Assembly (NCBI GenBank): GCA_035525015.1
Contig: DATLFC010000038.1
Span: 1 to 30,210, forward strand
Source of the DNA: Thermoanaerobaculia bacterium
Lineage (GTDB): Bacteria > Acidobacteriota > Thermoanaerobaculia > Gp7-AA8
Direction of reading: 5' to 3'
Length of the DNA stretch: 30,210 nucleotides
Under the pieces are notes generated by a model, which had not been told where the DNA came from, searched no databases, and was given only the letters and a program-made list of their open reading frames with translations. Below are positions 24,864 to 30,210 of the stretch, piece after piece; the stretch's first letter is position 1, and every line of letters begins with the position of its first letter. Position numbers and translations under genes: made by a program.

Positions 24864-25637
24864 CTACAGCCCGACGATGTTGTAGCCGCAATCGACGAAC
24901 ATCACCTCACCGGTGATGCCGGACGACATCGGAGAGATCAGAAAAAGCCCGGCGTTTCCAATCTCTTCGAGCTCCACGTTGCGCCGCATCGGCGCGCGCT
25001 CGGCGTGATGCTTCAGCATGCCGGTGAAACCCCTGATGCCGCGGGCGGCCAGCGTGTTGACCGGGCCGGCGGAGATGGCGTTGACGCGGATGCTGCGCGG
25101 CCCGAGGTTCGCGGCGAGGTAGCGGACCGACGCTTCCAGCGAAGCCTTGGCGACGCCCATCAGGTTGTAGCCTTCCACCGCCTTCTCCGCGCCGTAGTAG
25201 GTGAGGGCGAGGACCGAGCCGCCGCCCGACTTTTCGAGGAGCGGCATCGCCGCTCTGGTGATGGCTACGAGCGAATAGGCGGAGATGTCGTGCGCCGTCT
25301 TGAAGCCTTCGCGGGAAGTGTTGACGAAGTCGTTCTCGAGGTCTTCCCGCGGAGCGAAAGCGACGGAGTGGACGATGCCGTCCAGCTTCCCGAACTCACC
25401 TTCCACGCTGCGGAAGACCGAGTCGATCTCGGCGTCGCTGGTGACGTCGCACGGCAGAATCAGCGAGCCGGGAAGCGTGGTGGCCAGCGCTTCGACGCTC
25501 TCTTTGAGCCGCTCACCCTGGTAGGTGAACGCGAGCCGCATCCCCTCGCGAGACAGCGTCTGTGCGATCGCCCAGGCGATCGAGCGCTTGTTCGCGACTC
25601 CGAAGATGATTCCCGTTCTGCCTTCCAGAAGTGGCAT
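24864..25637 (-). CDS. fabI: enoyl-[acyl-carrier-protein] reductase (NADH)
   Basis: GIIFGVANKRSIAWAIAQ aligns with the FabI N-terminus and the catalytic region is SDR-type (VHSVAFAPRE...YYGAEKAVEGYNLMGVAKASLEA). ATG at 25635-25637. Confidence 0.9.
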   Translation of the reverse strand: MPLLEGRTGIIFGVANKRSIAWAIAQTLSREGMRLAFTYQGERLKESVEALATTLPGSLILPCDVTSDAEIDSVFRSVEGEFGKLDGIVHSVAFAPREDLENDFVNTSREGFKTAHDISAYSLVAITRAAMPLLEKSGGGSVLALTYYGAEKAVEGYNLMGVAKASLEASVRYLAANLGPRSIRVNAISAGPVNTLAARGIRGFTGMLKHHAERAPMRRNVELEEIGNAGLFLISPMSSGITGEVMFVDCGYNIVGL

Positions 25638-25651
25638 CTGTCTCACTCAGA

Positions 25652-26002
25652 TCAGGATGACACCGGAGCGGTCGGCGAGACAACCGTCGAGCCATGCTTG
25701 GCGACCTCTTCCTCCATTCGCCCGGCCATCATCAGAAACAGCATCCGGTAGTCGGCGGCCAGGGAGTAGAAGGGGTGCCCGAACGTGGCCGGCTTGTTGT
25801 GCTCGACGAAGAAGTGCGCGTACCAGGCGAAGCTGTACCCGACCAGCGGCGCGGCCACGAGGAACCAGAGATTCACCGCGAACGCCAGCCCGATCATGAT
25901 CACCGCCAGCACCGAGCCGACCGCGTGCAGCATCCGCGTCCGCGGCCGGGAATGCTGGCGGACGTAGTGCGGCCAGAAGTCTCTGAACGTACGGATCTCC
26001 AT
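25652..26002 (-). CDS. DUF962 (Mpo1-like) membrane protein
   Basis: RTFRDFWPHYVRQH...FAWYAHFFVEHNKPATFGHPFYSLAADYRM matches the DUF962/Mpo1-like family. The ATG at 26000-26002 is preferred over the TTG at 26047. Confidence 0.65.
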   Translation of the reverse strand: MEIRTFRDFWPHYVRQHSRPRTRMLHAVGSVLAVIMIGLAFAVNLWFLVAAPLVGYSFAWYAHFFVEHNKPATFGHPFYSLAADYRMLFLMMAGRMEEEVAKHGSTVVSPTAPVSS

Positions 26003-26067
26003 GGACTGGACGGTCGCGATTCTCCCATACAGGCCGTGGCACTTCAATTGCTGCCGCTGGAGACGGT

Positions 26068-26310
26068 ATGGCGCAGGATTTCGAACAGCTTCTGAAGGAT
26101 ATTTTCGGCGAGCCGCTCGCGCGGCTGAACCAGTTCCAGTCCGACAAGATGCATCAGCTCCAGGCGAAGCTCAGGGAAATCGCACACGAGGCCGTCAAAG
26201 ACGAGCTGAACCGCCTGCATTCCGAAATTGGTGAGCTCCGGACCCGCCTGACTCGGCTGGAAGAGGAGCGGGCCCAGGCCGCGGCGGACAGCGTGGAAAC
26301 GTCGTTCTAG
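26068..26310 (+). CDS. small coiled-coil protein (80 aa), hypothetical
   Basis: A GGAG Shine-Dalgarno sits 5 nt upstream of the ATG. The sequence is heptad-rich (LQAKLREIAHEAVKDELNRLHSEIGELRTRLTRLEEE). GC content is lower than the surroundings. Its stop lies inside a 9-bp hairpin. Confidence 0.55.
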   Translation: MAQDFEQLLKDIFGEPLARLNQFQSDKMHQLQAKLREIAHEAVKDELNRLHSEIGELRTRLTRLEEERAQAAADSVETSF

Positions 26311-26330
26311 GAGTCCCCGAGTCCTAGAAC
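26304..26330. terminator. bidirectional hairpin with both convergent stop codons inside the stems
   Basis: GTTCTAGGA-gtccccgag-TCCTAGAAC has a 9-bp perfect stem. The plus-strand TAG (26308-26310) and minus-strand TAG (26324-26326) lie in the arms. Confidence 0.5.
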
Positions 26331-29300
26331 GCGTGCCCCAGCGTGATCGAGTAGTTGAAGGAGCGGTCGTAGACGCGGCGCTCCAGCGGCCAGCCGATGT
26401 CGATCCGCAGCGGGCCGACCGGTGAGAGATAGCGAATCCCGGCGCCGACGCCGACCCGCAGGTTGTCGAAGTCGATCGCGGTTCCGCTGAAGACGTTGCC
26501 GACGTCGGTGAACACCGCGCCCCCCAGTCTGCTGAAGATCGGGAAGCGGTATTCCGCGTTGAAGATGAACATGCTGTTGCCGCCCAGCGGAGCCAGGGTG
26601 AACTCGCCCGGGTTCTCGTTGATGTCGACGAGCGTCGGTTCGCAGGGCTTGTCGTCGAACGGCACCTGGAAACCGCCGTCGTTGTCGGCGCAGAGCGTTC
26701 CCAGCAGATCGAGCGGATAAGCGCGGTGTGAGGTGTCGCCGCCCGCGGTGAACCGCTCGGCCACGGGGATGAATCGCGATTCGTCGAGGGGGGTGCCGAG
26801 ATTGTCGGCCCGAAGCGGCTGAATGAATCCGAACCTCGCCGAAAGCGCCACGACGCTGCGCGCGGTCACCGGCAGATACCACGCCCCCTGCAGGTACTGC
26901 TTGGCGAAGTGCGCCTCGGCCGAGAAGAGGGGGAACGCGTACTCGACCGACGCGCTGGTGAAGAACCCGCGCTGGGGATCGATGATGTCGTCGCGCTTGT
27001 CCCAGAAGAACGTCGGCGTGATGCTGGAGATCTCGATATCGAGCAGCGAACGGTCGAGTCCGGGAATCACGGCCCCGAACTCCTCGGCATCGCGGCAGAG
27101 TGCGCCGCCGAGGCATTCGGAGATCTTGTACTGATACTGCGCCGACCAGCGTGTGCGCAGGCCGGCCACCTTCGAGGCTTCGATGGAGGTACCGAGCTGG
27201 CGTACGCGCCGGTCGCGCACCGTTCCATCATCCGTCTGAAAGACATTGATCTGGACCGGCACATCGTACGGGCCGATGAACGGCTCGCGATACGTGAGAA
27301 ACGCTTCGCGCTCATCCTGGCTCCAGACGGCTTCCAGTCCGAGGAAGCGCCCGGTGCCGAAGAGATTGCGATGCGCCACCGCTCCGGCCAGTCGCGGCGC
27401 GACGGTGTCGCGGTCCTCGTCATCGTCCAGGCGGTCGTACCGCACACCGACCGATCCGCTGATCGTGAGGTTGCGGCCATCCTCCACCGAAATGACCACG
27501 TCGCGCTCGCTCGGTGAGGTCCCGGCCACGACCGGCTGCACGTCGACCCGCTGGAAAATGCCGAGGCGATAGAGATTCCGCTGTGCCTGGAGGATCGAGG
27601 AGTAGTTGAACGGGTTGTCCCGCTGGAGATTCGACTGGCGGAGGATCACCTCCGAGCTGGTATAGGTGTTTCCCCGGACGATCACCTCATGGACATTGAT
27701 GCGAGGTCCTTCGGCGATCACGTAGCTGACGGTGGCGGAGTTCCTGTCGTCGCTGACGACCACACGCGGTGTAACCTGGACCTCGGCGTTGCCGCGCTCG
27801 GCGTAGAACGTCTGCAGTGCGATGACGTCCTCGCGCACGAGCTGCGGGTTGAGCGGACGGCCGGCCCTGATGCGCAGCGCAGGCAGTTGCTCGGGGGTGA
27901 CCTGCTCCAACCCCTCCACGCCGGCACCGCTCACGATCGTCTGCGGTCCCTCGGTGATCTGGAACTCGATCTTCATCGTGCCGTCAGCGCGTGTGGTGAC
28001 GGCGGGGGACGCCACCGTCGCTTCCGAAAAGCCCTGCAGCCGGTAATACGACTCGAGCGCGTCGCGATCCTCCGACAGCTGTTCGCGCGTGACGCCTGTC
28101 GGCCGGCGAAAAATGCTCGCGATCAGCCGCCGGAATCCGCCGCTCGGCGCGCTGGCCACGACGTCCTCGAGCGCGTTGGCGGAGACCTGACGGTTGCCGC
28201 TGAACGTAACGTCGGTGAGGCGATACCGCTCACCCGGATCGACATGGAACGTGACCGTCCAGACGCCGTCCTTGCGGCGGCTCTCGGTGTCGACGGTGGC
28301 GTTGAAGTAGCCGCGCTGCTGATACGACTCGACCATGTCGTCCGCCGCCCGCGCGATCGCGTCCTCGCTGTATTCCTCGTCGCGCGACCGGAATGGCAGC
28401 TGCCCCCGTACGGCGCTGCGCGGAACGCCCTCGACTTCCACGCGCACCACGGGACCGGCATCGACGCGATACTGAAGTGCGACCGTTCGCGATGCCTCGT
28501 CGTAAAGGTGGGTGACCAGCTCGACCTCGCCGCGGCGGTGGTCGCGTTCGAACAGCAATCTCCTGATCCGGTCGACGTCCTCCCGCGCGGATGGAAGCTG
28601 GAACTGTACTCCTGGTTTCTGGCGCATCCGGCTGATGAGCTCTTCCTCGGTGAACGGCGCCAGGTTTCCTTCCAGACCGACGCTGCCGACCCGCGCCTCC
28701 GGTCCGGCGTTGACATGGAAGATGACTTCGGCGCGGTTCTGCTGGCGGACGAATCGCGTCTCCGGATCGACGGTGGCCTCGAGGTAACCGTAGTTGCGCA
28801 GCTCCTCCTGGATGTCGCGCGCTGTATCGTCGACCGCATTCAGCGACAGCACCTGACCGACACGCACGCCGATCCGCCTCTCGGCACGCCGCTGGTTCCC
28901 CCCGGTGACGCCCGCGACGTCGATGTCGCCGATGCGGTAGTGAACGGAGAGTACGAACGTCAGGCTGACGCCGTCCGTGACGGGCTCCGCCTCGACGCGG
29001 ATGTCGCGGAAGTGACCGGTGGCGAACAACGCCTTGATGGATTGCTGGATGGCGCGTCTGGTGGCCGCATGGCCGGGCTCAATGGTGACGTACTGGTCGA
29101 TTGCCGATATATCGAACGCGCCATCGGCGTGGATGTTCACCTGCTGCACGACGCTGCCCGGGTCGAGGGGAGTCACGCGCGTTGGCGGCGGCGGCGGCGC
29201 GATGGCCACTTCGCCCGACACGAGCTCCTCGGCCGATCCCAGCGGAAAGATTTCGGCGCCACGGCCGCGGCGACCCCAGGTCCAGTGTCCTCGGTAACGC

Positions 29301-30210
29301 CGCCGGAACCGCCCCTCGGTACGCCACTCACGCTCGCTCTCGTCGCGCGTGATCTGCAGCGTCCAGTCGCGCGTGACCTGCCACTCGATGACCTCACGGC
29401 TCTTGTGGCTGTCGAGGTTGTAGACGACCAGGAGCCGGATTTCGTCCGACACCCGCTTCTCGAACGTCACCTTCGGCCCCCCGCCGGAGCCGGTATCGAG
29501 GAGGCCGGGGTCGTAGGTGAACGAGTCGGCGAACGGCAGGATCCGCTGGCCGAGCGCGGAGAAGAGGCTCTGGTAGAGGAGTGACTGACCGAGGACTCCC
29601 GCGCCCGGGCCGGGCTCGGAGCCCGGTCCGCCCGCAAGCCCGCCGAAGCCGAGGAGCGAGAAGAGCGTGATGTCGCTCGTGGGCGGATCGCTGGTGATGG
29701 AGGGAGTGATGCGATCGAGCGTGCCGGTGATGTTGACGGTCAGATCGACGGGACCGCTCTCCATTTCCGAGATCACGCCGGACACGCGCCCTTCGAGCGT
29801 CACGTCGAAGTAAGGATCGATGCGGAACGGATTCTGGAAGTTGATCGTGCCGCGGACGACGCTGTATTCGATGTTCTGGAACGTGACCTTGCCGCCTTCG
29901 TCGAGCTCCACGTTGCCGAGAATCACCGGGTTGGCGAGTGTGCCCATCACGTCGAGATCGGCACTGCCGGTCACGTCGGCGATGTTGTTGCGCACGGCCA
30001 GTGTCCCCGGCGCGTTGACGTCGATGCGGAGCATGACGTTGTCCTGCCAGGACGCGGGAACGATGGGGACGATGCCGCGACGGGAGAGCACGAGGTTGAC
30101 GATGGACTGCTGCAGGTCGAAGTCGCGCGAGTAGACGGCCCGGGTCACGTTGACCTCACCCTGCGCCAGCATCCGCTCGATCTCGCCGGTCACCTGCAGG
30201 CTGAAGTTGC
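26324..30210 (-). CDS. giant outer-membrane assembly protein (5' end lies outside the window, gene runs off the 3' edge): TamB (DUF490)-like C-terminal region fused in frame to about 7 POTRA repeats and an Omp85 (BamA/TamA) beta-barrel
   Basis: The ORF is open to the window edge. The first ~300 aa end with a TamB C-terminal-like sequence (TGTLDRITPSITSDPPTSDITLFSLLGFGG...VTFEKRVSDEIRLLVVYNLDSHKSREVIEWQVTRDWTLQITRDE). A basic/poly-Pro linker and serial POTRA-like repeats follow. The C-terminus is an Omp85 barrel ending in beta-signal ...ITLGHAF. Confidence 0.75.
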   Translation of the reverse strand, partial: NFSLQVTGEIERMLAQGEVNVTRAVYSRDFDLQQSIVNLVLSRRGIVPIVPASWQDNVMLRIDVNAPGTLAVRNNIADVTGSADLDVMGTLANPVILGNVELDEGGKVTFQNIEYSVVRGTINFQNPFRIDPYFDVTLEGRVSGVISEMESGPVDLTVNITGTLDRITPSITSDPPTSDITLFSLLGFGGLAGGPGSEPGPGAGVLGQSLLYQSLFSALGQRILPFADSFTYDPGLLDTGSGGGPKVTFEKRVSDEIRLLVVYNLDSHKSREVIEWQVTRDWTLQITRDESEREWRTEGRFRRRYRGHWTWGRRGRGAEIFPLGSAEELVSGEVAIAPPPPPTRVTPLDPGSVVQQVNIHADGAFDISAIDQYVTIEPGHAATRRAIQQSIKALFATGHFRDIRVEAEPVTDGVSLTFVLSVHYRIGDIDVAGVTGGNQRRAERRIGVRVGQVLSLNAVDDTARDIQEELRNYGYLEATVDPETRFVRQQNRAEVIFHVNAGPEARVGSVGLEGNLAPFTEEELISRMRQKPGVQFQLPSAREDVDRIRRLLFERDHRRGEVELVTHLYDEASRTVALQYRVDAGPVVRVEVEGVPRSAVRGQLPFRSRDEEYSEDAIARAADDMVESYQQRGYFNATVDTESRRKDGVWTVTFHVDPGERYRLTDVTFSGNRQVSANALEDVVASAPSGGFRRLIASIFRRPTGVTREQLSEDRDALESYYRLQGFSEATVASPAVTTRADGTMKIEFQITEGPQTIVSGAGVEGLEQVTPEQLPALRIRAGRPLNPQLVREDVIALQTFYAERGNAEVQVTPRVVVSDDRNSATVSYVIAEGPRINVHEVIVRGNTYTSSEVILRQSNLQRDNPFNYSSILQAQRNLYRLGIFQRVDVQPVVAGTSPSERDVVISVEDGRNLTISGSVGVRYDRLDDDEDRDTVAPRLAGAVAHRNLFGTGRFLGLEAVWSQDEREAFLTYREPFIGPYDVPVQINVFQTDDGTVRDRRVRQLGTSIEASKVAGLRTRWSAQYQYKISECLGGALCRDAEEFGAVIPGLDRSLLDIEISSITPTFFWDKRDDIIDPQRGFFTSASVEYAFPLFSAEAHFAKQYLQGAWYLPVTARSVVALSARFGFIQPLRADNLGTPLDESRFIPVAERFTAGGDTSHRAYPLDLLGTLCADNDGGFQVPFDDKPCEPTLVDINENPGEFTLAPLGGNSMFIFNAEYRFPIFSRLGGAVFTDVGNVFSGTAIDFDNLRVGVGAGIRYLSPVGPLRIDIGWPLERRVYDRSFNYSITLGHAF

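Noticed and set aside
27689-29584. 631-aa plus-strand ORF antisense to the TamB-Omp85 gene
   Set aside because: It has no domain and an Asp/Arg/Gly low-complexity translation. The opposing frame carries POTRA, Omp85 and TamB signatures.
1-30210. Search for tRNA/rRNA genes, transposases, integrases or phage genes indicating an island
   Set aside because: No cloverleaf-like GC-rich 70-90 nt intergenic segments, no IS terminal inverted repeats with a transposase ORF, and no recombinase motifs were seen. Intergenic regions are short and the genes are housekeeping-like.

Overview
This is a high-GC (roughly 65-70%) bacterial chromosomal window. Codon usage and gene content suggest an Acidobacteriota- or Gemmatimonadota-like genome, but that is inference only. 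I saw no rRNA, tRNA, CRISPR array, transposase or integrase, and the window looks like core chromosome, not a mobile island.

The clear housekeeping genes are:
- pcm (5' partial)
- the Bacillus-like syntenic block xseB-ispA-dxs-tlyA
- rfbD
- tatA
- a PcrA/UvrD helicase
- hbd
- a moeB/moeZ-type adenylyltransferase with a rhodanese tail
- a GatB/YqeY-domain protein
- pyrE
- HMG-CoA lyase
- a hotdog-fold thioesterase
- gltX
- fabI

Among these sit several unusual genes:
- A single open reading frame on the minus strand at 26324..30210 runs off the 3' edge of the window. Read N- to C-terminus, it is a TamB (DUF490)-type C-terminal region joined directly, with no stop codon and no second signal peptide, to about seven POTRA repeats and a BamA/TamA-type Omp85 beta-barrel. 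In known systems TamB and its Omp85 partner are separate proteins.
- An 800-residue protein fuses a transmembrane anchor, a band-7/SPFH-like domain, an alkaline-phosphatase/ENPP-like domain and TPR repeats.
- An operon of three minor-pseudopilin-like genes stands alone and appears to be transcribed leaderless.
- A zinc-ribbon/TPR protein and a zinc-ribbon/PAS/HATPase protein flank hbd. The latter seems to lack the phospho-accepting histidine and is translationally coupled to a secreted CAP-domain protein.
- tatA is followed in the same operon by a DUF4388 gene and rfbD.
- A stand-alone biotin-carrier-domain protein sits directly upstream of HMG-CoA lyase.

Non-coding structure is also notable:
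- A palindromic REP-like repeat family (core GTCATYCYGAGCG ... CGCTCRGRATGAC) occurs three times, plus one half-site. Each copy sits at a gene boundary and embeds the neighbouring stop or start codons.
- Two heptanucleotide tandem arrays, (ACGGTTA)x3-4 and (GAGCCCC)x3-4, each sit exactly at gene 3' ends.
- A perfect 17-bp nested hairpin exactly fills the gap between the yqeY stop and the moeB start.
- A 9-bp hairpin has both convergent stop codons inside its stems.
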